Source of the DNA: an uncultured Peptoniphilus sp.
GTDB lineage: Bacteria > Bacillota > Clostridia > Tissierellales > Peptoniphilaceae
Assembly (NCBI RefSeq): GCF_946222045.1
Contig: NZ_CAMILN010000001.1
Span: 46,892-110,891, forward strand
Length of the DNA stretch: 64,000 nt
Reading direction: 5' to 3'
Shown here: positions 55,326 to 64,000 of the stretch, piece after piece
How positions within the stretch are numbered: the stretch's first letter is position 1
How the letters are laid out: each line of letters begins with the position of its first letter
Translations under genes and position numbers: made by a program
The notes under the pieces: model-generated
Seen by the model: the letters and a program-made list of their open reading frames with translations, nothing else
What the model was told of the DNA's origin: nothing
Database searches by the model: none

Positions 55326-55646
55326 ATGAATTTTATATTAAGTGATAAGGCTCTGGCCTTTTTAAAAAAGAAAAATATAAGTAAAATTTTTGTAAATCCT
55401 GATGTGGACGTCAAGGCATCTTGCTGCTCTGTGGGCACTTTTGACTTTGACATTTCAACAAGGGATAATGGAGACACAAAAAGGTATAAAAAAGTAGAAG
55501 TCTCTAATATATCTATTTTTTATAACCCAACTATTGATCTCTACTTAAGGGATCTAGAGGACAAAGACATTATTATTTCTGCCATAGGTCTTGGATCTTT
55601 TAAAAAGTTATATGTGGAGAATGAGTTTAATTCTATTGAAATGTAA
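55326..55646 (+). CDS. Small protein with adjacent-cysteine motif SCCSVG (106 aa), function unknown
   Basis: RBS AAGGAGG. Vicinal Cys-Cys in a conserved-looking stretch KASCCSVGTFDFDI. Confidence 0.4.
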   Translation: MNFILSDKALAFLKKKNISKIFVNPDVDVKASCCSVGTFDFDISTRDNGDTKRYKKVEVSNISIFYNPTIDLYLRDLEDKDIIISAIGLGSFKKLYVENEFNSIEM

Positions 55647-55776
55647 TTTTGCAGAAAATTAAAGCTTATATAGTCATAAATAAATTTAACTTCCTAATAA
55701 TAAAATAATAAATCTATTTTTTATTTTCATCATTTTTATAAGTTTTGTAGACTTTAACTTTCGAATATTTAACTTT

Positions 55777-55803
55777 AGGTCCAATATAGTGGACCTTTTT
55801 TTA
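55777..55803 (+). terminator. Terminator of the 106-aa gene
   Basis: AGGTCCA atatag TGGACCT hairpin followed by T7. Confidence 0.75.
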
Positions 55804-55874
55804 ATTTAGTAAAAGTTTCTCATCTTATTTTTTCAAGAAAGGCTTAATAAGTCGCTATAAAATATCAACTTTCT

Positions 55875-55902
55875 TGTAATTGAGCCAGTCTTACCCTATA
55901 AT
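55875..55902 (+). promoter_or_regulatory. Promoter of cstA
   Basis: TTGTAA-16 nt-TATAAT. Confidence 0.5.
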
Positions 55903-55937
55903 CTTATTGGAAATAATGAAAGTAAAAGGAGGAATTT

Positions 55938-57392
55938 ATGTTACTATTTATTATTGGAATTATTATTTTATTTGTTGGTGGATTTTTCTATTCAAAATAT
56001 GTAGAAAAACAACTTAAACCAGACGATAGACCTACTCCAGCAGTATCAAAAGCTGACGGAGTTGACTATGTAGTGATGAGCGAAAAGAAAAACTGGCTTA
56101 TCAACCTACTTAATATTGCAGGAACTGGCCCTATACTTGGACCTATCCAAGGTATTCTTTTTGGACCTATTGCCTTCTTGGCAATCCCATTAGGTTGTGT
56201 CTTCGCAGGCGCAGTCCACGATTACATGACAGGCTTCATCTCCATGAGAAATGGCGGGTCTCAAGTGCCAAAGCTTGTTGGTAAGTATATTGGCGACGGC
56301 GTTCGTAAATTTTATAATATCGTTATTGCAATCCTACTTCTCTTAACTGGTGTAGTTTTCGTCTACACACCTGGAGATTTAATTGCCAATGACATTCTAA
56401 AGGTTGGTGTAGATTCTAATGTTATTTGGATTATCTACGCAGTGATCTTTGCCTACTACATCCTTTCAACTGTACTTCCTATTGACAAGCTAATTGGAAG
56501 AATATATCCATTATTTGGTGCCTTCTTAATTATCTCTGCCATTGGAGTATTTATTGGAATCTTTGTTAAGGGCTCTGGAGATCTTTCCTTTGCAAATTAC
56601 GGTCTACTTGCAGAACACCCACTTGGACAAAGATTTATCCCATCCTTCTTCATAACAGTTGCTTGTGGCATCCTATCAGGCTTCCACGGTTCACAAGTTA
56701 CTCTTGTGTCAAGAACTGTTAAGTCAGAAAAAGAAGCAAAGACAACTTTCTACTCAACTATGATTGCCGAAGGTTTTATCGCAATGGTTTGGGCAGCTGG
56801 TGCCATGGTAATCTTCTCAACAGGAAGAGCTCCACTTGATACAGCTGGAACCCTAATGGTTGGAGAAATTTCAAAATACTTCATGGGAGACATTGGGGGA
56901 CTACTTGCAGTTCTTGGAGTAATAGCACTACCTATCACTTCTGGTGACACTGCCTTTAGATCTTTAAGACTAATAATCTCTGAAGAGTTAAACATTGATC
57001 AAAGGTCTGGAGGAAAGAGAGCTGGCCTTGCAGCAGTTTTATTTATACCTGCAGCAGCAATTCTCTTCTTCGCTAAGTCAAACCCAAATGGCTTTAACAT
57101 GCTTTGGAGATACTTTGGATTCACAAACCAATTTGTAGCAATCTTCGCCCTAGCAGTTGCCACAATTTATCTTATTAACACTGGCAAAAATTATTTAATA
57201 ACTTTGATACCAGGAATCTTCTACACATTTATAGTTTTTGCATTTATTATAAGTGTAAAAAAACTTGGACTTGGCTTGCCATTTGTTATTGCCTATCCAG
57301 CAGCTGGAGTCCTAGCTATTGCTTACGCAATCTTTGTTGTTAAGACTGGTAAGAAAAATAAAACTAGGATCGAAACTACAAATATAGAATAA
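55938..57392 (+). CDS. cstA: Carbon starvation protein A family transporter (short form)
   Basis: N-terminal CstA block WLINLLNIAGTGPILGPIQGILFGPIAFLAIPLGCVFAGAVHDY. 484 aa. Confidence 0.8.
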   Translation: MLLFIIGIIILFVGGFFYSKYVEKQLKPDDRPTPAVSKADGVDYVVMSEKKNWLINLLNIAGTGPILGPIQGILFGPIAFLAIPLGCVFAGAVHDYMTGFISMRNGGSQVPKLVGKYIGDGVRKFYNIVIAILLLLTGVVFVYTPGDLIANDILKVGVDSNVIWIIYAVIFAYYILSTVLPIDKLIGRIYPLFGAFLIISAIGVFIGIFVKGSGDLSFANYGLLAEHPLGQRFIPSFFITVACGILSGFHGSQVTLVSRTVKSEKEAKTTFYSTMIAEGFIAMVWAAGAMVIFSTGRAPLDTAGTLMVGEISKYFMGDIGGLLAVLGVIALPITSGDTAFRSLRLIISEELNIDQRSGGKRAGLAAVLFIPAAAILFFAKSNPNGFNMLWRYFGFTNQFVAIFALAVATIYLINTGKNYLITLIPGIFYTFIVFAFIISVKKLGLGLPFVIAYPAAGVLAIAYAIFVVKTGKKNKTRIETTNIE

Positions 57393-57423
57393 ATTTAATT
57401 TAAAATTAGCTATAAAAAAGACC

Positions 57424-57466
57424 TGCAGAAATTAAATCTGCAGGTCTTTTTTTGAGGATTTATTTC
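57424..57466. terminator. Bidirectional terminator between cstA and phoA
   Basis: 11-bp perfect stem AGACCTGCAGA...TCTGCAGGTCT flanked by A6 and T8. Confidence 0.8.
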
Positions 57467-57497
57467 TATTATTTTATGAATAAGAAATTTAAGAAAT

Positions 57498-59114
57498 TTA
57501 TTTTACTAGGTCAAAGGCTGCTTGTGGTACATAGACAGCTCTTGTAGAATAAATTGTAAGTCCGCCAAGTTCTACCTTTTCACCATTTTTTATAGCATAG
57601 TTCTTTGAAACAGGGAAGATAATCTTATCAGATCCCTTAGTAACTATAGCTTCATAATCATTTGGTCCCTTTACATTAAATTCAACCTTAGCTCCCTTTT
57701 CTTCAAAGCCTTTTCTTATAGGTTGGTAAAGTTCTTCTGTCAACTTATCAAGATCAATGTCAAGGACATCTTCCACATATCTTCCAATTTCATAATTGTG
57801 AACTGTTCCAATAAGTCTTTCGGCATCCTTGGCAGTTGAGTAAGAATAAAGTCCTACATCTCCACCAACGTGACCTCCAGTAGTCCACGCAATATGGCTT
57901 CTTGCTGAGATAACTCTTCCCATTGCTGAGCCTGTGTCTTTTTCAGTCTTAATAAAGTTTAATTCATCTTCTGTAAGATCTTTTATGCCAAAGTGTTTTT
58001 CCATTACTTCACCAACATTGGACTTATCTTCCTTCACTTCTTCAGCAGCTTTTGTCACAGAGATTTTTGCAGATGAAATTATTTTTGTAAATTCATCAAG
58101 AGGAGCCTTATCGTAACCCTTAGTAATGTTTCTGTGGCCAAAAGTTATTCCACCAGTTCCATGGTCAGCAGCAATTAAAATTACTGTGTCGCCCTTTTCA
58201 TCAGCAAAGTCTTTTGCAACTTTTACTGCATCGTCAAAGGCCTTGATTTCGTGTATAAGAGCAACTGGGTCATTGGCATGAGCAGCCCAGTCAACTTCAG
58301 AACCTTCAACCATTAGGAAAAATCCCTTGTCATTTGTTGAAAGAACTTCTAGAGCCTTGTCAGTCATTTCTGCAAGAGAAGGTTTTGTAGTCTTGTCCCT
58401 ATCTATTTCATAAGGGAAGGACTTGTCTTCAAAAAGTCCCCAAAGTTTGTTGCCCTTTGATCCTTCTAGACCTTCCTTAGTAGTCACATAATCGTAACCC
58501 CTTGTCTTTATTTCAGAAATAAGATCTTCCTTGTCCTTTCTAGTTTCTTTACTTAAATAAGTGCTACCAGCACCTAGGACAAGGTCCATGTCTTGGTAAA
58601 CTTGTTGTTCGCCAAGGTCTTCGTAGTTATTTCTGTCAGGATTGTGGGCAGAAAAGTCAGCTGGAGTTGCGTGTTGGATATTTGATGTGGACACAATACC
58701 AGTGGATCTTCCACTTCTCTTTGCACCTTCAAGGACGTTGGCTATGGGTTGTTTAGCCCTTTCCTTGTCAAAGTTAGAAAATCCTGGCATGCCGTCTTTA
58801 GATGGATAAGATCCAACAAAGGGTGATTCTGACTTTATGCCAGTTGCCATGGCTGTTGCTGCTGGAGCAGAGTCGGCCATAGGTGTGTTGGCGTTGTTAG
58901 TCCTAACAAGGCCTGTTGCCATATCGTCCATGACAAACTTCTTGTCCTTAGTCATCCATCTTGCAGTTGTAAGTGCTTCTACACTCATCCCATCTGGGAT
59001 CATAACAATTACATTTTTTGCACTACCATAATCTTTCTCTTGGGCAAATACAAGAGAAGGTGCCAAAGTCACTAGGGCAAGTGAAATTGACAAAGCTTTT
59101 TTTAATTTGTTCAT
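57498..59114 (-). CDS. phoA: Alkaline phosphatase, secreted
   Basis: Signal peptide and active-site VMIPDGMS (DGMS/DSA-type Ser) region. 538 aa. Confidence 0.8.
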   Translation of the reverse strand: MNKLKKALSISLALVTLAPSLVFAQEKDYGSAKNVIVMIPDGMSVEALTTARWMTKDKKFVMDDMATGLVRTNNANTPMADSAPAATAMATGIKSESPFVGSYPSKDGMPGFSNFDKERAKQPIANVLEGAKRSGRSTGIVSTSNIQHATPADFSAHNPDRNNYEDLGEQQVYQDMDLVLGAGSTYLSKETRKDKEDLISEIKTRGYDYVTTKEGLEGSKGNKLWGLFEDKSFPYEIDRDKTTKPSLAEMTDKALEVLSTNDKGFFLMVEGSEVDWAAHANDPVALIHEIKAFDDAVKVAKDFADEKGDTVILIAADHGTGGITFGHRNITKGYDKAPLDEFTKIISSAKISVTKAAEEVKEDKSNVGEVMEKHFGIKDLTEDELNFIKTEKDTGSAMGRVISARSHIAWTTGGHVGGDVGLYSYSTAKDAERLIGTVHNYEIGRYVEDVLDIDLDKLTEELYQPIRKGFEEKGAKVEFNVKGPNDYEAIVTKGSDKIIFPVSKNYAIKNGEKVELGGLTIYSTRAVYVPQAAFDLVK

Positions 59115-59261
59115 ACTTTCCTCCTAAGATTTATTACCTATAATCTAACAGAGGATTGTAAATGAAATATAAATAGTAAGTAAAAAATTTTTTAAATTTT
59201 TAAAGCAAGAGGTTTTTAATTTTATTTGGAAAATAATTTTTAGCTTACATCTCAAAATTGG

Positions 59262-59289
59262 CAATAGAAAAGGACGCCTAAGCGCCCTC
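59262..59289 (-). terminator. Terminator of hpf
   Basis: GGGCGC ttag GCGTCC hairpin (one G·U) followed by TTTTCTATT. Confidence 0.45.
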
Positions 59290-59312
59290 AAATTTTATAT
59301 TATTAAATTAGT

Positions 59313-59840
59313 TTAAACTTCGATTTTACCGTAGTTTCCATCTTTTCTCTTGTAGACAATAGAAACTCCATCAGTATCTGCATCTAAGAAAACAAAGAAA
59401 TTGTGGTTTAGAAGATCCATTTGTAGGATTGCTTCTTCTTCGTCCATTGGGTTAAGTTCGAAGTTCTTTCTCTTTACAATTTTGTGTTCTGGCTCTTCCT
59501 TTGGTGGTTCTTTATCAAAAAGTTCGTCAAATCTAATTGTTTCGTTGTTTTGATATCTTCTCTTTAATTTAGTCTTGTGTTTTCTAATTTGTCTAGCAAG
59601 TGCATCCACAGCGTTGTCCATTGAAGAGTACATGTCGTCTGTAGTTTCTTCTGCCCTAATAATTGTCTTTGGTAAAAATATTGTAGCTTCAACAGTTTGT
59701 TCATCTTTTATCGTAGAGAAAACAAGCCTTGTTTCAACTTCCTCAGAAAAATATTTATCTAGCCTGGAGAATTTTTTTTCTGCAATTTCCTTCAAAGATT
59801 CTGTAAGTTCAATGTTTTTTCCAACAAAGTTCAATAACAT
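59313..59840 (-). CDS. hpf: Ribosome hibernation promoting factor, long form
   Basis: Start at ATG 59840 (MLLNFVGKNIELT; AAGGAGA 9 nt upstream) rather than the GTG at 59849. C-terminal dimerisation domain present (178 aa class). Confidence 0.85.
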   Translation of the reverse strand: MLLNFVGKNIELTESLKEIAEKKFSRLDKYFSEEVETRLVFSTIKDEQTVEATIFLPKTIIRAEETTDDMYSSMDNAVDALARQIRKHKTKLKRRYQNNETIRFDELFDKEPPKEEPEHKIVKRKNFELNPMDEEEAILQMDLLNHNFFVFLDADTDGVSIVYKRKDGNYGKIEV

Positions 59841-60011
59841 AAATGTCACTCTCCTTTTTTCTTTACTTAATATTTACCCAAGAATTTACAAATATATCAT
59901 TTTATTTAATTAACATTATAAACCCATGAAATGTACATTTAAAACTATTCTTGATATAATTAGCATAAATAAATGTAAGAATAATTTTGATATTTTTAAG
60001 GTTGTGATCTT

Positions 60012-60920
60012 ATGGCAATAAAAAATAAAATCGACTATAAGTATAGGATTGGGATGCGTACCTTTAAGACAGCCCTTGCAGTTGTCATTGGCCTCTACAT
60101 CTCCTACCTCTTGGACCTAGACTCAGCAATATTTGTATCCATAGCTGCAGTCTCAACAATGAAACCCTCGATGTCCGAATCACTCCAAGACTTTAAGAAG
60201 AGGATTTTTACCTGCGTATTTGGAGTAATGGTGGGATACCTCTTTTCTAAAGTATCTGTAAATGAATACCTGGAGCCCCTAATAGCAGGCCTTGGCATCC
60301 TCCTTACAATTTACATCTTAGTTGTTTTTAAAATGAAGAACATGACCCAGCTTTCTTGCATAGTCTTTGTGGCAAGTTTTTGCTCCAACTCAGATAAATT
60401 TTACTACGCAACAAACCGTATCATTGGTACCCTTATTGGAATTTTTGTTGGCGTCTTGGTAAATTATTTTATCTCATCTCCCAATGTTTGGGAAGATTTT
60501 ATAAGGGCTGCCAGTAGCTGCTACAGGTCTAGCAACCTTGTCATAAGGCAAGTCCTTTCAGGAGAAAAAGTGGACTTAAGTGAATTTAATAAAAATCTAG
60601 CAAGTACCACAAAACTCTACAAACTTTTGGAGAAGGAAGCCGACACTCCCTTCCAATACAAGTACAACAAAATCTCTCGCGAGAAAAAAATTATGTCCCT
60701 CATAGAAAGCATATCAGTTAGGCTTGAAGTGGTGGAGAATATGGATATACACAAATTTAGCCAGGAGGTCTCTCAAGAAGCCCTAAAAAGATACGACCTA
60801 GAAGAAGAGCCCACACAAGACTTAGGTGTGGAAGACAGGGTCTACAACTATCACATTGAATATATTTTAAAATACATGGACCAACTTAATGAAGAAATAG
60901 AAAACATAAGGGTGAAATAA
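60012..60920 (+). CDS. Aromatic acid exporter (ArAE/FUSC-like) family membrane protein
   Basis: N-terminal RIGMRTFKTALAVVIGLYIS pattern typical of YgaE-like ArAE proteins. 302 aa. Confidence 0.65.
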   Translation: MAIKNKIDYKYRIGMRTFKTALAVVIGLYISYLLDLDSAIFVSIAAVSTMKPSMSESLQDFKKRIFTCVFGVMVGYLFSKVSVNEYLEPLIAGLGILLTIYILVVFKMKNMTQLSCIVFVASFCSNSDKFYYATNRIIGTLIGIFVGVLVNYFISSPNVWEDFIRAASSCYRSSNLVIRQVLSGEKVDLSEFNKNLASTTKLYKLLEKEADTPFQYKYNKISREKKIMSLIESISVRLEVVENMDIHKFSQEVSQEALKRYDLEEEPTQDLGVEDRVYNYHIEYILKYMDQLNEEIENIRVK

Positions 60921-62635
60921 TGAAAGATGACAAAAAAGAAATTTATGAAATAGGTAAAAAAGTAATATACCAATCAACAATAGGTTTTGAAAATCTTATT
61001 AAAAAAGCGGAATTTGATCTACTAAGAGAAAATTCCTACCTAATGAAAAGACCCCAAGATAACATATCTGCCTTTATCCTCTTGGACTTCAAGGAGTTTT
61101 ATTATTATTCTAAGGATGTCTTGAGAAATATTTTGACTTCACTAGATCTTGAAGACCCTATGATAGAAAATATGGAAGAACTTTTAAGAGATTCCTATGT
61201 TTCCCTCTTCAAGATAGAAAAAAAAGATGGATACTATCTTTTTTATGATTATCTCTTAGATGAATATATAGAAGTTGAACTAGATGATGATATAGAATAT
61301 TCTTCCTCAACCAAGGGATTAATAAGGGTCTTTGGTAAAGATGAGAGGAAAATGGTCCTCCAAGTTCTTCAAATGATTTCTAACAAGGATTTCTTAACTT
61401 ATAAAAACAATGTGGATAATTTAATCAACCACATGAGACAGGAGTTTGGACCCTTTGAATTAAATAAGGACTTTCTAAAGTCTGACCTCTTAAACCTCTT
61501 GACAGTCTACGAGGTAACTTTTGAAAACCCAAGAGAAGAATCAGAAGACTTTGATGACTATGCTTTCTCTGAATTTGCAGAGCTCTTGGAATCCTTCGAT
61601 CCAGAGGACTTAGAGATTGCACAAAACTTAGACCTTTACAAAAAAATACTACCTGGAGCCAAGGACGAAGCTATTATGGGCTTCATAGTAAGACTATTCT
61701 CAAAAATTTACTTTAAGGTCCTTGCTGATAAAAACAAAAGATTTGACGACTACAAGCTTGACTACAAGGAAATTTTTAAAAGCTTATCAAAATCTGGCGA
61801 ATTTTTAAGTAAGGATGAGCTAGTAATGTCTCTGGACTATTTAATTACTTTCTACTCCAAACTTGCAGGACTTGGAAGAGATGTTGGAAAGATAATAACT
61901 GACCTTATAGAAATCCAAGAAAATATTTTTTACTATCTTGACCTTTTGAAAAATAACCAAGCTGGTTTATTTTATGAAGACAAAATCTTGGAAATCTTAA
62001 TGGCAAATGAAGAAGACCTTGAGGCTAATGATTTTATAGAATACTTTGACTTCTTTATTGAGTTTTTGGACATGAATTATGTTGGTGTCCTAAAGTCTGG
62101 AGACCTCTCTCCTGCCATGCTAAGAGACTTTGCTGAGTCGATAAATCTTAGACCAACAAGAGAAGTGATGACTTACAAGAACAAGCACTTCCCCCTAATA
62201 GAACTTTACTTTAATTTTTTAAAGAAGAAGCATCTTATCCATATAGATCAAAAAGAATATGGAAGGCAAGACATTTATATTACAGATATAGCCGAAGACT
62301 ACCTAGCCTTTGACGAGGTTACAAAACTTGCAATTTGGGTTGAAACCCTAACTAATAAGGACTTTTTGAAAGATTCCTTTGGCAAGGATTATGAAAAGTA
62401 TAAGGACTTCGTCACAAATCTTATAAAGGACTTAAGCGAAGGCAAGCTTGTAAACTTATATGAATTTAAATTTAAAGACTTCGAGCTTTCTCTAATAGAG
62501 GTCTTAAAGGACCTTGGCATCCTAAAAGATGATTTTACAGATTTAACAATTACAAAATTTGGAAGAGATATCTACGACTATTACAAGACTGAAGAAGCAA
62601 ACTCTGACAATGTAATAGAAGTGGACTTCAAATAA
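60920..62635 (+). CDS. Large acidic hypothetical protein (571 aa), translationally coupled to the ArAE gene
   Basis: ATGA start/stop overlap at 60920. Rich in E/D/K/L/Y/F. No motif recognised. Confidence 0.5.
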   Translation: MKDDKKEIYEIGKKVIYQSTIGFENLIKKAEFDLLRENSYLMKRPQDNISAFILLDFKEFYYYSKDVLRNILTSLDLEDPMIENMEELLRDSYVSLFKIEKKDGYYLFYDYLLDEYIEVELDDDIEYSSSTKGLIRVFGKDERKMVLQVLQMISNKDFLTYKNNVDNLINHMRQEFGPFELNKDFLKSDLLNLLTVYEVTFENPREESEDFDDYAFSEFAELLESFDPEDLEIAQNLDLYKKILPGAKDEAIMGFIVRLFSKIYFKVLADKNKRFDDYKLDYKEIFKSLSKSGEFLSKDELVMSLDYLITFYSKLAGLGRDVGKIITDLIEIQENIFYYLDLLKNNQAGLFYEDKILEILMANEEDLEANDFIEYFDFFIEFLDMNYVGVLKSGDLSPAMLRDFAESINLRPTREVMTYKNKHFPLIELYFNFLKKKHLIHIDQKEYGRQDIYITDIAEDYLAFDEVTKLAIWVETLTNKDFLKDSFGKDYEKYKDFVTNLIKDLSEGKLVNLYEFKFKDFELSLIEVLKDLGILKDDFTDLTITKFGRDIYDYYKTEEANSDNVIEVDFK

Positions 62636-62645
62636 AAATTTAAAT

Positions 62646-62710
62646 AGTGAGTGAACTAAGGACTAAATCCAAAGCTGGATTTCTTTTTAGATCACTCGCT
62701 ATTTTTTTAT
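62646..62710 (+). terminator. Compound terminator after the 571-aa gene
   Basis: Inner hairpin AAATCCA aagc TGGATTT + CTTTTT, nested in outer AGTGAGTGA...TCACTCGCT + ATTTTTTTAT. Confidence 0.5.
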
Positions 62711-62905
62711 TACAGCTTGAATTCGAGTCAACAGGTAAATTTTACACATAGTCAAACAAAATATTTTTTATATCCTGCTAAAGCCTTACAAAGAAAAAGT
62801 TTTAAAAAGTTCAAGAAAACCTTTTTCTTTGCTATTACTGTGATATAATAAGCCGAAAGGCTAGTTGTTTGATAAACTTTTATATTTTTTAAAGGAGGAA
62901 TAATA

Positions 62906-64000
62906 ATGGAAAGTAAAAAGTTTAACTCGAAGGACATCTTAATGTTCATATTATACGCACTCTTTGGCATATTCATGTTCTTCGTACCTGTACAAATTGG
63001 AGATACTAACACCATCCCCATTGACCACTTGACAAACTTTGTTAAGAAGATTCCAAATTATAATTTAATATTTGGTGTATTTATGGTTGTAGCTGGTATA
63101 GCTTACGCTATAAAATCAAAATCTTGGGAAAAAAGTAAACTTCACATGGTTTTCTTCGTATTAAAATTAGCTGCCCTTGTATTCTTATTTATGTTCGTGA
63201 CAAAAAAGGGACCTGCTAGGATTTTTGACGGCGATATGCTACCACTTATTTGGAACGGAATCATGGTATCTGTAACAACAATTGTGCCAATTGGTTCAGT
63301 TTTCCTTGCCTTCTTGACAGGCTTTGGACTTATGGAATTTATTGGAGTCTTCATGGAACCAGTAATGAGACCAGTATTTAAAACACCTGGTAGGTCAGCA
63401 GTTGATGCTGTTGCATCCTTCGTTGGCTCATATTCATTAGCACTTTTAATTACAAATAGGGTTTACATGGAAGACACTTACACTAAGAAAGAAGCATCAA
63501 TTATAGCAACAGGTTTCTCAACAGTTTCTGCTACATTTATGATTATCGTAGCAAAAACTCTTGACCTTATGGATCATTGGCTAGCTTACTTTTGGATTAC
63601 ACTTTTTGTTACTTTCTTAGTAACAGCAATCACAGCAAGGATCTTCCCACTAAGCAAGAAGCCACAAGAATATTATTCTGGAAAAGAATATATACCAGAA
63701 GCAAAGAAAAAAGTCACTTTCTCAGATGCACTTAATACAGGTATGGAAGCCTATAAAAACGCTGACTCTTTAGGAAAAGTTATAAAAGACAACTTCATCG
63801 ATGGTTTTAAAATGGCACTTAACATTGCCCCATCTCTTCTTGGAGTTGGTATGATTGGACTTTTACTTGCAGAGTACACTCCAATCTTTGACATCATAGG
63901 CTACATCTTCTATCCATTCACACTAATAACAAGGGTAGAAGAACCACTTATGGTTGCACAAGCACTGGGAATGAGTATTGCAGAAATGCTTCTTCCAGCA
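62906..64000 (+). CDS. YjiH/nucleoside-recognition (Gate)-domain membrane protein, 3' end outside window
   Basis: Not in the ORF track because no stop is reached. ATG 62906 with AAAGGAGGAATAATA upstream. Open frame to 64000 encodes a polytopic protein (…GIMVSVTTIVPIGSVFLAFLTGFGLMEFIGVFMEPVMRPVFKTPGRSAVDAVASFVGSYSLALLITN…) typical of the YjiH/SpmA-like family. Extended -10 TGATATAAT at 62841-62849. Confidence 0.7.
   Translation, partial: MESKKFNSKDILMFILYALFGIFMFFVPVQIGDTNTIPIDHLTNFVKKIPNYNLIFGVFMVVAGIAYAIKSKSWEKSKLHMVFFVLKLAALVFLFMFVTKKGPARIFDGDMLPLIWNGIMVSVTTIVPIGSVFLAFLTGFGLMEFIGVFMEPVMRPVFKTPGRSAVDAVASFVGSYSLALLITNRVYMEDTYTKKEASIIATGFSTVSATFMIIVAKTLDLMDHWLAYFWITLFVTFLVTAITARIFPLSKKPQEYYSGKEYIPEAKKKVTFSDALNTGMEAYKNADSLGKVIKDNFIDGFKMALNIAPSLLGVGMIGLLLAEYTPIFDIIGYIFYPFTLITRVEEPLMVAQALGMSIAEMLLPA

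Noticed and set aside
55154-55330. Integrated mobile element at the tRNA-Pro 3' end
   Set aside because: No integrase, no direct repeat of the tRNA 3' end, and normal chromosomal genes follow immediately.
62752-63354. Two minus-strand ORFs (89 and 70 aa)
   Set aside because: Both are antisense to the long, motif-bearing YjiH-family open frame starting at 62906 with a strong RBS. Spurious.

Overview
This 64-kb window is low-GC chromosomal DNA from a Gram-positive anaerobe (Firmicutes, Clostridia/Peptoniphilaceae-like codon usage). It is gene dense with many short operons, all read directly from the sequence and ORF track. Housekeeping genes I can support include the C-terminal fragment of an M17 leucyl aminopeptidase, a membrane H+/Na+-pyrophosphatase, GAPDH, transketolase, TyrS behind a T-box leader, PepD, UNG, ProC, Pta, FolP, HPF, alkaline phosphatase, CstA, tRNA-Pro(UGG) and a complete tmRNA. 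There is also a complete citrate-lyase cluster (citG-citC-citX, a 2-HCT citrate transporter, citD-citE-citF). Items worth a second look: (1) A BceRS/BceAB-type peptide-antibiotic sensing and efflux module with an exported Ere-family (erythromycin-esterase-like) hydrolase inserted between the two-component pair and the ABC genes. This lies in a visibly AT-richer ~10-kb island that also carries an unusual MerR regulator fused to a degenerate RlmA-like Zn-ribbon/methyltransferase domain, a Na+/alanine symporter, a C26 amidase and a RelBE pair. (2) A single-ORF fusion of homoserine O-acyltransferase (MetA) with an ACT-less aspartokinase catalytic domain, preceded by a T-box leader whose specifier appears to be AUG. 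(3) Two intergenic arrays of ~11 degenerate 18-bp tandem repeats built around TTTTTATGACYT, with the same core recurring upstream of at least two other genes. (4) A cluster of consensus DnaA boxes between convergent genes, far from any dnaA. (5) A solo MazF toxin next to three tiny membrane/secreted proteins, an orphan RsbW-like kinase, an AcpS-Nnr fusion and a TrkA-TrkH-TrkA arrangement. No CRISPR array, integrase or transposase was seen. All protein-family calls rest on recognising motifs by eye, not on database searches.
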